Below the pieces are notes generated by a model, which saw only the letters and a list, made by a program, of their open reading frames with translations, was not told the DNA's origin and made no database searches. The translations under genes and the position numbers were made by a program. Shown here in pieces: positions 30,342-44,424 of a stretch of 64,000 nucleotides of DNA (the stretch's first letter is position 1; each line of letters starts with the position of its first letter). The stretch is from Chrysomallon squamiferum (taxonomy: Eukaryota > Animalia > Mollusca): positions 10,106,001 through 10,170,000 of the forward strand of contig CM022672.1 of assembly GCA_012295275.1 (NCBI GenBank). Direction: 5' to 3'.

Positions 30342-31676
30342 TTATTCCATTGCTATCCAACCGGGATAAAAATAGTCCTTGTAGTCCGCCGAAAATTGTT
30401 TCTTCAGTGCTGAAGATTCTTTGTGATGATGTTTGTAATATATAGTTACTCCCTCTGACAAAAACGCCGAAAACCAGCCAAACGTACCGACAGACATGAT
30501 AGTGTGGTTACAGTGGGCCAAAAGACACATGTCTACTTCAGCCGAGCTGCCTTCGTTGAAAAACACATTATCCTGTTTCTTCACGTTCGCTTTAGTCCAC
30601 GTCATGTCGTTGGAAACGAACACGAACACAACGTTCGTAAAATTACTTTCGAAAACTTTCATTGCCTTCTCGATGTATTCTTTTGGCGCCACTTTGTAGC
30701 CGTAATCGATGAATACTTTCTTATTAGCGATGTCGCCTCTTCGAATGTGGACCCACGAAAGTTACGTTTTGCGAAGTTTCGTTGTTTCCAGACTGGTTCG
30801 TTCTTGTTTTGTATTCCTCTTTTATCCTGCTAAGAATTGTTAATGACTTGTTAACGATTGCGTCTTTAAACGTAAACTGATGTTTAATTTCGTCCGTGAG
30901 GTTTTCGAAATATTTCCAAGACTGCAGATATTGCTTCACTTCGAAATTTCCGACTTTGGGAAGACTGAACATAGATTTATCGAAACTGCAGAATAATTTG
31001 GCCTTTTTTAATTTCACTCCTTTACAAACGCAGCCTTCAACTTTTGTAGCGTTTATTTTGAATATTTTCAATAAGGGCGAGTTTTTGTTCATGACGACTT
31101 TACGTCCTGTCTTTTTAGCTATACCATAGGCTGAAGCATACAAAAACATCCAGTTTCCAAGACCACCAGTCACTCCAAAACATATGAATCTTTTCTCTTT
31201 TTGAAAAGTCGTAAAAAATGGATCTTTGCACTGTGGTTTCTGATTTTTAGGTTTAGAGGGTTTTTTCGTTTTTGTTGATTTTGCCGCTTTCGATAGTTTC
31301 GTCGGCTTTGTCGGTTTTGCTGTTACTTTTCCATGAATGAGATGCTTCTGCGTAGTCTTTGAAACTGCTGTCGTCGTTGTATCACGTTTTATCATCGTCA
31401 CACGTGAGGCTGTGTTGTTTGTCTTGTTGACACAAGACGTTTGCACTCGAATTATCGCGGAATCGAGCATTCTTTTAGTGAAAGCCAGCATCATCAAGGA
31501 CCAGATATTCTGCTTCTTGCTGTCTTCAACATCTAAGATAAAACTACGACTGTCTATGGTGATGTTCCAAACGCAAGAATTCTTTTCCTGGTGAAAGGTC
31601 CATTCTCTGTCAACTCTTGTTATTCTCAAGTAAACAAAACAGAGTCCCAGCACAGCAACTACTAACACGAGCAGAA
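30342..31676 (-). CDS. Galactoside alpha-1,2-fucosyltransferase (GT11, FUT1/FUT2-like) copy A, main coding exon, containing one frameshift at ~30750
   Basis: Acceptor (polypyrimidine tract + cag; AG at 31678-31677), TM helix LLVLVVAVLGLCFVYL, Thr/Lys/Pro-rich stem, then GT11 motifs GGLGNWMFLYAS and YLQSWKYF. After a frame change come HIRRGD, FVFVSND and DMCLLAHCNHTIMSVGTFGWF, ending YPGWIAME*. The track ORFs 30724-31755 and 30342-30692 are two halves of one gene. Confidence 0.93.
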
Positions 31677-34089
31677 CTGAAAATAAAAAAAAATAAAAAG
31701 AATCAGAATTTAAATTTGCTGAATCATTCTGTATATTTATATTCTTCATAAACAAAAAAAATAAAAAAAATAATTGTAAATATATAAATTCGTTAAAACA
31801 TTCTTTATATGTATTCTTCGTAAACAGAAAGAATCAGAATTAAACTGAAGAATTCATAAATTCGCTAAATCTTTCTATCGTAATATTCTTCAAACAACGG
31901 TGATCTTTGTTTTTCTTTTCTTTTTTTTTTTTTTTTTTTTTTTGATTTAGCTCAGTAAGTTTCTACATGAACTAGAACTTATGTACGTTTCTGTAAAAAC
32001 ATCGCCATCTTAAATCTTCGCTGTGCCGAGTGCAACTAACGGGTTGATCTAAAGGTGGATCCTAAATTCACGATACCTGCTGTTTTGTATCGATCTGTCT
32101 CTAGCCAGCGACTTGACATTCAGTGCGTGTGTCAGCTTGCATTTTTACAGATAATAAAGTGCATCGGGCAAGTTCGTAGCTAGATAGCTAAGGAAGTGCA
32201 CTGATAAACAGACTGATGTGCACGTGATGCATACATCTTTTTATTCGTCTGTCCGCTGAACTTCTGTGTCCGCTGTCACGTTTTATTTTTTATTTGTTTC
32301 TATGTTCTTTGTTTTGTATTACATATGTGCGTGCGTATTTGGCTGTATTATATTCTGGCTTATGTGTTTGTGTGTGTATGTATGTATATATGTATGTTTG
32401 TATGTATGTATGTATGTATGTATGTATGTGTGTATGTATGCATTTATGTATGTATGTTTGTGTGCGTGTATGTATTTATGTGTATATTTAATGTAATTAA
32501 GTATTTATGTTTGTATGTTTTCATGTCTTCTATTGCGTCTGATTACCTTTATGTCTTTGTTAGTAAATTTACTGCTAAAGAATGTTTTATGTTGTTTTAC
32601 AGCGTGATTAAGCGCGATAATTCGTTTAACAATCGGTAATTTAGTATCGATGCAAGGCTCTAAGGAAAAACAATTGACTACGGTGCTCCGCTTACTGGAG
32701 GAGGGAAGTACGCATCGAATGTAACGAGCCGGTAATGCAAGACCCTAATTATGTTTAATTATTTACTGTCATGTTTGCTGCATGGGTTCTCTGAAAACAT
32801 AATTGAGGAAACAGCTGTTTTATCGTTTGTTATTATTATTGTTGTTGTTGTTGTTGTTACTGTTGATGTTTTAGTTTGTGGGGGGGGGTTGCTGGGGGTT
32901 GCAGCATTTTTTTTTTTATAACCAATGTTGAACCTTTTCCATGGAAATTAAACGAAAGGAAAACGTTTTGTTATAGTGTATGTCAACATAAAGCTAAAAT
33001 AATGTCCATGTGTAATACTACATAAAATAAATTGTTTTATTTTCTTCAGAAAAATGTTAGTCATGACAATCTATTTTTCTTTTTTATCATTTATACTGAT
33101 ATTTTCCGGAAAACGGCCTATTCTCAATAGAATTTCGTCGATGCAAATTGTAATTTACAGTTCATAATTTTCTCAGTTACAAAGATTTTAAATGTATTTG
33201 TCCACGCTTTCTAATAAGAGTTTGGCCATGCAGGAATGTTTAAATCTAACAATATATAATTTTGAAGTTTTTTTGTTGTTGTTGTTGAAAAAATGTTTCC
33301 ATCCAGCAAATTTGTAATTTGAATATTAACAGTAAACGTTTGTTTGGCTGAGTTTTCATTATTATAATTATTATTTTTGTTGTCATTCGTAATAAAATAA
33401 TGTAAACATCAATAACCATGATTTAACAGTACTACTGTGTATATTTGCAATATAACACTGGATTTTTTATATATATATATATACACATGAACAGTTAGAG
33501 AGATAGAAAGATGAAGATATAGACAAGCAGGCAGATAGATAGATATTACATAACAGTAACAACAACAACAACAGTGGATTAATCATAACAGGTGGACGTG
33601 GTTCGGTCCGGGTTTTAGTTTCAAATAATCAACGATTCACAGTAATATCTTTGCTCCGACTGGAAGTTGTGTCTGTAAAGATAACGCTTGCCTGTGTTAA
33701 TTACTGAAATGTTTCAGTAAATACGCACATACATGGGTTGAACAAATACGCTATGAATTTCAGCTGCAAGCGATACTAATGTTTTCTGGTATGCAAGTGA
33801 TACGGTCAAGATCCGTTTGTATCAACAACGACAGCAGCAATACGAGATACCGCTGGGGGCGAATAGAGAAGTAAAAAAAAAAAAAAAAAAAATGATAGCA
33901 CATTCACATACACAGTTATCGTTTTAGACACTGAAATTAAACAACATGTGACACCTTTTGTTTCCGTGGTTACGTGAATGAGCTGATACAATTACAAAGC
34001 CAATTCATTCTATGGATTCTCGTCTTGGTTTTATTATGATATGTTGTAGTGTTTTACGATCCTTGCAGGTGAGCGCAAGCCCACTGTCA

Positions 34090-34180
34090 CAGGGATACAA
34101 CATTCTTATCGATTAGCAGCAAGAAATTGTTTATATGCACCTTCCCATAAACTTGGAAACCAAACTTTGACATTTGATAA
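34090..34180 (+). mobile_element. Degenerate fragment of an interspersed (SINE-like) repeat, inside the FUT copy A intron
   Basis: gattagcagcaagaaattgtttatatgcaccttccca shares its core with the 26744-26842 fragment. Confidence 0.45.
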
Positions 34181-35788
34181 ACAAGAAATAACATCATAAT
34201 CGCACACGATGATGATAAATGATAAAGGAGAAAGATTGTTTCTCAACTGGAAATATAGCTTTATTCATTAATTTATTTATTTATTTGTATGTTTATGTAT
34301 TTGTTTGGATGTGTATTTATCTATTATTTGTTTGTATGTTGGTTGGTTGGTTGGTTGGTTGGTGTTTTTATTTATTTATTTTACTTTATTTTTTTACTGT
34401 TCTGGTAAGTTTTCCTTGAACGAACTTGTTGGCTTCATTCTATAATTACTAGTTACTCTTTTAATTTCTTTTTTTCTTTCTTTCTTTCTTTTTAGTTTAT
34501 ATATTTATTTATTTGTCTTTTTAATTTATCATTATTATTATATCATCATCGTCGTATCGTTGCCATCATCACATCATCGTTGTTGATGTTGTTGATGATA
34601 ATGATTTGTTTTTCTTTTCTTTTTTTCTGTTTCTTCTTAACATACTCACTACGTAAAGTTTAAATCGTGTGTAACCTTGACAGTGTGTACAGGTGACAGA
34701 ATACCTGCTATTCGACCGCAGTGAGTTTAAGTTCATGAACGAAACCCTGATGTATGTCTTTATTAGTTTCTACTGACGACTCAAATATTTATTTGATTAC
34801 AGTTTACTCACGCCATTTCTTGTATCTCTTGTCACCTGGTTTATACTTCTTTATTTTTATTTTATTCTTTTCTTTTTAATTATTATTATTATATATATAT
34901 ATGAAGTTAAGCCAATGATCCGAAAGGCTTAAAGCTAATAAACAATACAGTTCTATTAATGATCCGTACGTGTTTGCAATATTTCCAATTATCTGATGGC
35001 AAACTGTGTCAGATCGAAATTGTTTCATTTTTTTTTCCTCAGTATATAGCAGAATAGACTACTGAGAACATATAATAAAATTTTAACCTTGAACGGGATT
35101 TTAAATAATTACAGAATGATTTATTTATTACTTTTTGCACAAACCTACATGTACATATAAATTCATACGCACAACACATCTAAAAAGGTCGCAGACGGGA
35201 TTGTATACATTCATATTATGCAATTCTGATAAAATCTAAAACTAAAACATTTTTGATAACTGTTAACTAGTATAAAACCTTATATATAAATATTTATATA
35301 CACATATACATATATGCATACATACATACATGTATATAAATGTATTACAAAGAAACAGTACAATGCATTAGAAAATTTAAATATTGTATAAATATGTATT
35401 TTTCTAAATCATGGAATCTTTAAATAAAAATTACTGCTACTACTACTACTACTATTATCACCACTAGTACCACTACTATAACTACTACTACCACAACTAA
35501 TACCACTGCTATTACTACTACTACTACCACTGATATTACTGCTACTACCACTACCACTACTACTAGTAGTATTACAAGTCTATTCTTGCCACTATTACTA
35601 GGACTAATATAATTATTATCATTATCATCATTATTACAATCTCTATCTTCAAAATCAACATTTTCAATAAAATAATCATTAAAATCATCAATATCATCAA
35701 CGTCATTAATCCAATTATTATTATTATTATTATTATTATAGTGATCATTATCATCGTAAACAGCAGCGAGAAGTATTGACAAACTAAC

Positions 35789-35852
35789 CTTTTTCACAAC
35801 GAACATGTGATACATATCCATTCACGCCCATCACAGATCTAAAAGTCGCCAT
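35789..35852 (-). CDS. Predicted first coding exon of FUT copy A (cytoplasmic tail)
   Basis: Minus strand: acceptor tccag, then GGA ATG G (good Kozak context), MATFRSVMGVNGYVSHVRCEK + G, then donor GTTAGT. The phase-1 junction gives G+TT = Val in frame with the TM helix at 31676, and mirrors the first exon of copy B. Confidence 0.7.
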
Positions 35853-36915
35853 TCCCTGGATTTAAATGTTAATAACACAAACCAGAAAAAATTATAAATC
35901 CCAAAAGCTCCAAATACGTATTTCTCAAAAAAACAGTAAAAATGTTGATTCTTTCCTTTCGCTACATTATACAGTCTTACATTTTTACTTCTGGTTTTTC
36001 TGAGGTTTTTTAGTGGTTTTTTTTTTTTTTTTTTCTTCTAGAAGTACGATTTAGAGATTGCTGTTTGTATTTGACGTCACAGAAGAAAAATATCCGCCCA
36101 TTTATCCAAAAAGAAAACTCCGTTTTGCTTGAACGACTTTTTTTTTTATGAAAAGAAGATCAACAGCTCTAAAGCAAACAGCTTAATGCGCGAAATACAC
36201 ATGTGTCAGTTACCCTTTTCTGCGCTGGTTTTTCTTTGTCGTATTAAAAAAGAAAAAGAAAAAGAAAAAAAAATACTGGATGCGAATATATCAACTCGAT
36301 TTGTGGTTGTCATTAAGCATAAATCATAAATAAAAAATTATTTTAAAAATAAATATAAATTATTAACTATAGCTTCATATAAATGTTACATTTATAATTT
36401 TTTAATTTTTTTTATTATTAACAATTTTTTTTTGAAGTAGTCATTTGTTATAACTTATTTTAAGAATTTAACACCAAGTACAAATCTTTTCTCTTTTCTG
36501 TTGATGTTGTTTTCTTTTGATGATGATAATTACTACTACTACCACTACTGTTTGAGAAAGGGAAAGCGGTTATGTGGGACAGTCACCTGTTCGAGCAATT
36601 ACCTTTTAAATAATTGTATAGCGTATTACAAGCTCAATAATTTGTTACTATCATTATTATAATTTTATTATTAGTAGTAGTAGCATTAACAAATTTTAAA
36701 TAGATATGCAATAACAATGAATAAATAATGAATATTTATTTGCTTATCGATTGTTTATTTGGATTAACGTAGAGAATGTTTTTTTTTTTGTTTTTTTTTA
36801 AAACGAAGTCTGAGAGCAAAATCCTGTATCTCCTCTCTCTGGGTTACTCTGACCTATTGAACGTTGAATTATGCGTCTTCCCTCAAACATGAAAACTCCC
36901 ACTTTTATTGAGAGA

Positions 36916-36963
<48 letters not shown>

Positions 36964-38084
36964 AGAGGGTAAAAATGAAAAGAGAGACAGGCGGAGAAAA
37001 CAGATGTTTAGAGCTTCAAGTATTAACAATAGGAAGTTTCAAGTGGATGAAGTATTTACTAAAGTATAATCGGATTCAAGGGTGTGGACAAAAACGCAAG
37101 AGAGAGAAAGAGTAACGGAAGTTATAATGACAGCCTTATAAATAAATAAAATGAAAAAAAAATATATAATAATAATAATAATAATAAATTATAAATTATA
37201 AATAAATAAACAAATGGATGATAATAAATCATTAAAAAAAAAAATAATAAAAAAAAATCGGTGTTTAATATGACTTAATCACAGGTAGGTCCAAGCTGAA
37301 TGGAAGTAATTTTATTATTCAGCGAAAATTAGACGACCGTGCAATGTGTTCCTAAGTTGAATTAGCTGATAATTGAGTAATAACTGCACGGAAATATGTT
37401 GCAGACGGTTAGGACTGTTCGATTGTAAGTGGCATGTTCTATTGTCTAACATGTGGCATGAGACGATATTTGTTCCGTTATCAGAATTTCAAAGTTTGGT
37501 ATCTGTCATTCTGTTTATAGCCACTCTTAGACGTTTTACAGCTGAGTGAAGGTGGTTTCAATAAACCACTTGTAGGGTTCTCGGTTTGCACGTTATTGTT
37601 GCTGTTTCTTCTTTCTTTTTTTTTCTTTTTTCTTTTTTTGTTGTTGTTTTATATATATATATATATCACGGAGGAGCCAGACTCAAACTCAGTATGAATT
37701 TTCTGTAATACTCTATTTCGTCAACCTTCTTTGTTGTATAAGTTAACACAGTCGTGTATTGTTGTTGTTGTTTTTTCGGTAATGAGCTGAATCGTCTTTT
37801 CTATTCCATTTATTATATCCATGGCTTTTTCTTTAATTTTTCTATTTATTTTTTAATTTTTTTTTTTTCTTTTTTTTTTTTGCCGTTGAGGAAGAGAATC
37901 CAACTCAGTATGGGATTACGTTATCATCTTCGTATCGTTGTTCCTCTGTATTACATCAGTGAATGCGTCACATTCGGGTGACGGTGGAAATTTTTCTGTG
38001 ACAAGTGATGGTTTCAGAGTGGCAGAGGGGATCGGGTTTCGTAAAAATATAGCACTACCCTGAAAGGATTTTAAAGCAACAGAA

Positions 38085-38772
38085 GTTGCAAATGTCGCAA
38101 AACTGATAATTATCATTTCGACGACAAATGTCGCAATGTTAGTGTCAGAAATGTCCTAATCGACGACAAATGTCGCACGATCGATTATTAAGTTAAAAAT
38201 ATGTTATATGTTCCTACCAGTAGTCCTGTAGAACACAGATGTCTTATTTTACCATTTTAATAAACGATTTAAATGCAGATGATAAGAATAAAGTCAAAAT
38301 GGTCAAGTGTGAACCATTTTACACGGACAGACACAAAAAAACAACAATTTATTTTATTTTTTTTAAATAATATATATGTTATTATTGTTTTTAAGGAATT
38401 TTGCTTCATTTTTGTTTTTCTTAGATTTGTGTTTGTTTGTTTTCCGTGCGATCATTTAAAAAAAAATATATAAATTTGTTTCTTTATTTATTTTGTTGTT
38501 GCTATTGTTCTTGCTACGTCTGTGTTAATAATGTGATATTTTAGGGGAGGCTGAACGTGTAATACGACTCATCAAAGGACATTGTATGTTAGCTAAGGTA
38601 TCGTCCAGAAAGAACAAAAAAAATAAAATAAAATAAATATAACATTTGCTGCTGATGAGTCGCGTCAACTGTCGTCGTGATTTTTTCGTCGATCGTGCGA
38701 CGTTTGTCAACAATTAGAACAATTGTCGTCAAAATGACATTTCTAAATATTGCGAAAACTGCGGGCACTGTA
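38085..38772. mobile_element. Possible decayed non-autonomous DNA transposon / inverted-repeat element
   Basis: gacaaatgtcgcacgatcga (38165-38184) is an inverted match, with 1 mismatch in 20, to tcgatcgtgcgacgtttgtc (38689-38708). The left arm has two direct copies of tcgacgacaaatgtcgca. The right end terminates in cactg-TA. Confidence 0.45.
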
Positions 38773-38958
38773 GACGCAGTCACGCTGAAGCGATACAATA
38801 GAATTAAGAACCCACAATACTAATTGTTATTTAGCATTGCATAACAATGGGTATTATGGTATAATGAAACTACAAGCTGTACGAGTGAAAGGTCCGTGGA
38901 ATATTATAATTAATTCTTACTGGTCAGCGAATTAAGAGCCTGTATTTATAAAATCGAA

Positions 38959-39003
<45 letters not shown>

Positions 39004-40521
39004 AGGTTGACGTGAAAAATAAAAGTAATTCACCTGATCTGTATTTTGTTAAAGTCGTAATTAAAGGAATATTTCTTCTAACCAACATTTTGCCCTACTT
39101 TCGATCGTCCAGTGAAAGAAGCACTTACTGCAAAGTTGAACGTCACTACATATCTAAACAAGCGCCGTATGTTGACGGACAGTTTGTGAAATTCCATTCC
39201 ATGTGCCACTGTAGAACGAGTTACGTTTATGCGCTACGTCAAACACTGTGGTATGTTCTTTCCTGTTTATGGGAAGGTACATTTGAAATGTTACTATCTG
39301 CTGAAGCATGTTTCCCGTTTTTTTAATTTGTAAGTCCATTGACACATGATGGCAGTTAACCTTAGATTACAAATGCATTGTTCGTGTCGTTAAAGGAAAC
39401 ATTAATCAGATATTATTAGGTTTTCTGTAAGAAAGTCATACGATAGAAAATGGGTAAGAGTAGCCCAAATTAGAGGGCGACAGAGGGTTTTCGTTCTCTT
39501 AGAATAATTACTATAATAACAAGTGACATGTTCTAAATTTGAAATGCGTTGTCATGCTAAAATAACATTAATTTATGTTTATTTAATTTAATTTGCAACA
39601 CTAATTTAATTTAATTTAATTTAATTTAATTTAATTTAATCATATTTAATTAAATTAAATTTTATTTAATTTTATTTTATACATTCCTTCCGATGTTTCA
39701 TAAAACTTTAAAACATTAATTAACAACTTATCGATTAGTTAGTTCTGTCACTAAAACGGAATATGCTCAATATCTTCGTCACTGTTTGAATGTGTGAAAA
39801 CTTGTTTTTGCTTTACCTGTCTCATCATCGTGTAAACTCGTGAGAACAAATCAATAGTTAATTGAAAAAAAAAAAAAACTCTTTCTGCTTGAGAATCATC
39901 GTCTAATTAATGAATACCCAGTCAGAGACTTATTCAACAAGTCAAGGCAGAAGAAAAACGTGTTCTGTTTTAATCCAAACAGGACGAGATTCGAGGTATT
40001 TTTGCATTTAAAGTGTAACTGTGATGGTATATGAATAAGCAACTTTACAAACTGTTCTTTATACTTCCAAGTTATTATTTTATTGCTAAGTCTTTTGAGC
40101 GTAAAATAAAAATAAAATAATACTGCAAATTTCGCCATTTTGCCCCTTCAAACGTATACATATTGTTTTTTTTATAACAGAAGAATCCAGAGTACGTAAT
40201 GACTGCTAATGATAATAACAACTACTACTACTATCACTACTGCTATTGCTATTTCAGCTAATAACTACTACCACTCTGCTAGATACTGCTACTATTATTA
40301 TCACCACTACTACAACCACTGCTGCTGCTTCTGTTGCTACTATTATTATCACCACTACTACAACCACTGCTGCTGCTACTGTTGCTACTATTATTACCAC
40401 TACTACTATTACAGCTATTACTACTACTACCACCACTGTTACAGCTACTACTACAACAACCACCACTACTACTAGTATTGTTATTGATTCCGTTGTTGTT
40501 GTTATTCTTGTTTTTGTTGTT

Positions 40522-40552
<31 letters not shown>

Positions 40553-41432
40553 TTACACAAATCCAAAATTTTAAAAATATTACAGTTTTGATTTATTTAT
40601 TTTACAGTCACTCACACTTAGAGTCTTCTCTTAATAATGATGTTAGCTGTAAACTGCGTTTTTAATCTGCATTCAAGATGACAAATAAATAAATAATGAA
40701 TGAATGTGATAGACAGACAGATACCTGTATTTGCCATAGACGCTGAGCGCATGTATAATACATACACACATACATAATAGGCACGTAACGCACCACAGTG
40801 ACGCAATACAGCACAAATAAATGAACACTCTAAGCTTACCCGCACCTACCCCTATATCTGAATTACTTATATATCTGTTATATTTCTTTTTATTGTTAAT
40901 GTAGAATCTTTGTTAAACAAAAGAATGGAGGTGTTTGTTTTTGGGGGGTTTTTTGTTCAAATAATTAGTTTCAAAAATGCAGACAACTTTCTTGCTCCAT
41001 TTTGATTTCTACTGTTTTACATTTTAACGTAATTATCTGCATTGTTAAAAAAATGAAATATAACGTTCTGTCGAAGGTACATATACAAAATGCATTCAAG
41101 AACAAAGTAAAATTCATTTTCAGCTGGCATTTACTGTTTTTTTCCAGCAAAATTGGGTTTGGTTCCTTTCACCTGTGTAATTTCACACCTCGAGACTTTC
41201 TCTAAATTATCAAAAAAATTAATTAGTCTAATTGACTTATTCAGGTAGCTTCACAGTTAAGTAATCGCCACAGAACTGACTAAGGGCACGCTTGTAATAT
41301 CGTCCTCTTGTCGTGGTAAACGTCTTGGCATTAATGTTTAACACTCAGGAAAACAGTCGTCGTTTTTATCGTACAAGATCGTGTTGTCTGATAATAAAGC
41401 CAAATCAAGCACCCAAGTTTATTATATTTTAT

Positions 41433-41492
<60 letters not shown>

Positions 41493-42366
41493 GTTATTTA
41501 ATTATTTATTTAATTATTTATTTATTTATTTATTTGTTTAGTTAGTTATTTGTTTGTTTGTTCTGTTTTTCTCTTTGTAATACTGGTAGTATCATTATTA
41601 ATATTATTAATTAGAAATACAATTATTAGTAGTATTATTATTAGAACTAGTACTAGTAGTATTCGTTTAAATATTAGAATTACCAATATTAATATTAGTA
41701 TTAGTATAAGTATTAGTATAAGTATTAGAATTACAGTTAGTATTGGTATTAGTTATAATGGTAGTAGTAGTTTTGTTAACGGAATACTAGTGAAAGAAAA
41801 GTGGTAGACGTAGTAGTATTTACATTAAAATAGTAAAAGACATAGTACTAGTAGTAGTAATAGTATTAGTAGTTGTAGTAGGAGTAGCAGTAGTAATAGT
41901 AGTAACAGTTGCTGTAGTAGCAGTAATAGTAACCTTATTAATTAATGAATTTAATTAGTTTTTCTCCACATATTAATTTTTGTAAGTTATTAAATTAATT
42001 TTAAACGATTATTTATTATGTAATTTTCGTCATCTTTTATTGGAAAACTCAGTTTCTTTTTGTCACAGACATGTGAAAATTATTTGTTTTACGTAACTCT
42101 TAAATATTTCCATAGATAATTACGTGAAGAATGATTAATGACCTTGTTATCATTATCATTATCATAATTCTTAATGACGTTGTTATGATTATCATTATCG
42201 ATGACGTAGAAAAAGACAAATAAGTTTAAAAATTACGGGAAAATAAAAGTATAAAAAAACAAAACAACATAATAATAATATAAAAAAATAAAAAATATAA
42301 AATTATAATAAATTTAAAAAACGAAGAAGCTGTTACGAAAATGTTATTTCTACCTGATGTCTGAAG

Positions 42367-42387
<21 letters not shown>

Positions 42388-42418
<31 letters not shown>

Positions 42419-42433
42419 TAGATACATACCTAT

Positions 42434-42466
<33 letters not shown>

Positions 42467-42668
42467 CATACCTATACACACACACACACATAGATACATA
42501 CCTATATACACACACATACATAGATACATACCTATACACACACAGTCACACACACGCACACACATAGATAGATACATACCTACACACACACACACATACA
42601 TAGATACATACCTAAACACACACCCACACACATACATAGATAGATATCTACACACACACAGACACACA
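42388..42668. repeat. Compound minisatellite: catagatacataccta core alternating with variable (CA)n
   Basis: About 6-7 copies of the core are separated by CA tracts of different lengths. Confidence 0.85.
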
Positions 42669-42894
42669 TTTACATACGTATTAACAATTATACAGTCATA
42701 CACACATACACTCAATTATATATCTATCTGTCTATCTATCGATCTATATATATATAATATTCGTACTAACACACCAACGTTCCAACAAATATCAATACCA
42801 TACATACATACATACATACATACATACATACCTAATACAGGTATATACATATATACAAATATATTTATCGTTTATTTATTTTTATCTTTTTTAT

Positions 42895-42925
<31 letters not shown>

Positions 42926-42954
42926 TTTATTTACTTACTTACTTGTAATGCCAA

Positions 42955-43384
42955 TTCAGGCGAAAATATATGTAAAATATAGCACAATTATATATCACTA
43001 AGGTAATAAAATAAAGTTAAAATATAGCCCCATTACATAGTCACAATAAATGTCGGAAATATGCTTATGGTGTTAACCCTCCATCTATCACAAACTACAA
43101 CAAGTGAATAACACACTGTTAGAAAATACATGCAGTCGGCTGAACGGACATATTTACATACTTTCTTACTTATTGTTCTGTTATTTCAGGCGAAAATACA
43201 TGTAAAATATAGCACAATTATATATCACTAAGGTAATAAAATAAAGTTAAAATATAGCACCATTACATAGTCATAATAAATGTCAGAAATACGCTTATGG
43301 TGTTAACCCTCGATCTATCACAGACTACAACAAGTGACTAACACACTGTTAGAAAATACATACAGTCGGCTGAATGGACATATT
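42955..43384. repeat. Recent tandem duplication, 230-bp period, 2 copies
   Basis: ttcaggcgaaaata...ggacatatt at ~42955-43154 and ~43185-43384 differ only by scattered substitutions. Confidence 0.93.
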
Positions 43385-44059
43385 GAACAGATCAACAACA
43401 AGGCCATTTTAGTGATCATTGGAATGTTGTTTATTCAAAGAAAAAACAATTTAAGACAGACTGTTATTCCATTTTAACTACAGAACTGAGTGTTATGTCT
43501 ACCGTTAATTACAGAACATAACAATGGTGATGGTTTACTTTGTTCGATCCGAAATAATTATAATGGGAAAATTCAATAGAATTTGTATTTTCCTTAATTA
43601 TCTTAACGACGCTATGGAACCGTAAGAAAAAAAAAAACATTAAAAAATTAAGTAGTGTTTATTCGTCCGACACCCAATATCTGTTTTTAAGATTCGTTAA
43701 GTCTGTTCATTGATTTCTGCTTTAAATTCCAAAAAATATATAAGACACTGGTTTCGAAAAGTAAATGTCTGACTAAAGATGCTAGCGAAAAACGAAATGA
43801 ATCAATGAACTGTCTCATTGTAAATTATTCTGTTTGGTTTATTTTCAACGAGCTTGGCTCGGAGATGAATTATTTATAGTAAGAATCCCGACGATATCCG
43901 TGAAGATTACTTGCAGAAACAATCAACATATCGTGATACTGATCAATAAATAAATGTAGCTAAGTTAATTAGATATGTCAAAATTATGGCTGTGTTTTTG
44001 ATACGTTATTCTTTTATAACTTGAAGTCAATGATTTATCTCTCTCTCTCTCTCTGACTG

Positions 44060-44137
<78 letters not shown>

Positions 44138-44306
44138 GCATACATACACACAAACACACACACACACACACAAATGCACACAAACATTGGGTGTTCAAAC
44201 CATCGCTTTGAGCGGTGTGTCGCGCGCAGAAGCCTCGGTTAAATTAATTCAGACGATAGCTTGAACTCGTTGTGGTTAACGTAGTCGGATGACAAATGTA
44301 TCTCTT

Positions 44307-44424
<118 letters not shown>

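Noticed and set aside
31677-31755. Track N-terminus MFMKNINIQ... of the 343-aa ORF (and likewise the TTG starts at 49680, 54653 and 61800)
   Set aside because: These starts lie in intron sequence or just inside splice acceptors. Spliced or Kozak-context ATG starts explain the proteins better.
39800-39840. ATGATGAGACAG|GTAAAG on the minus strand as the first coding exon of FUT copy A
   Set aside because: It is phase 0, which is incompatible with the phase-1 acceptor at 31676. The exon at 35789-35852 fits. It could still be a 5'UTR exon.
40209-40665. Thr-rich mucin-like or Tyr/His/Cys-rich ORFs
   Set aside because: This is a degenerate (ACT)/(GCT) trinucleotide tract with a ~48-bp internal duplication. 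It is open in most frames, with no supporting splice sites or signal peptide.
42388-42668. Constant repeat with variable spacers, superficially CRISPR-like
   Set aside because: The spacers are only (CA)n tracts of varying length, so this is a compound microsatellite.
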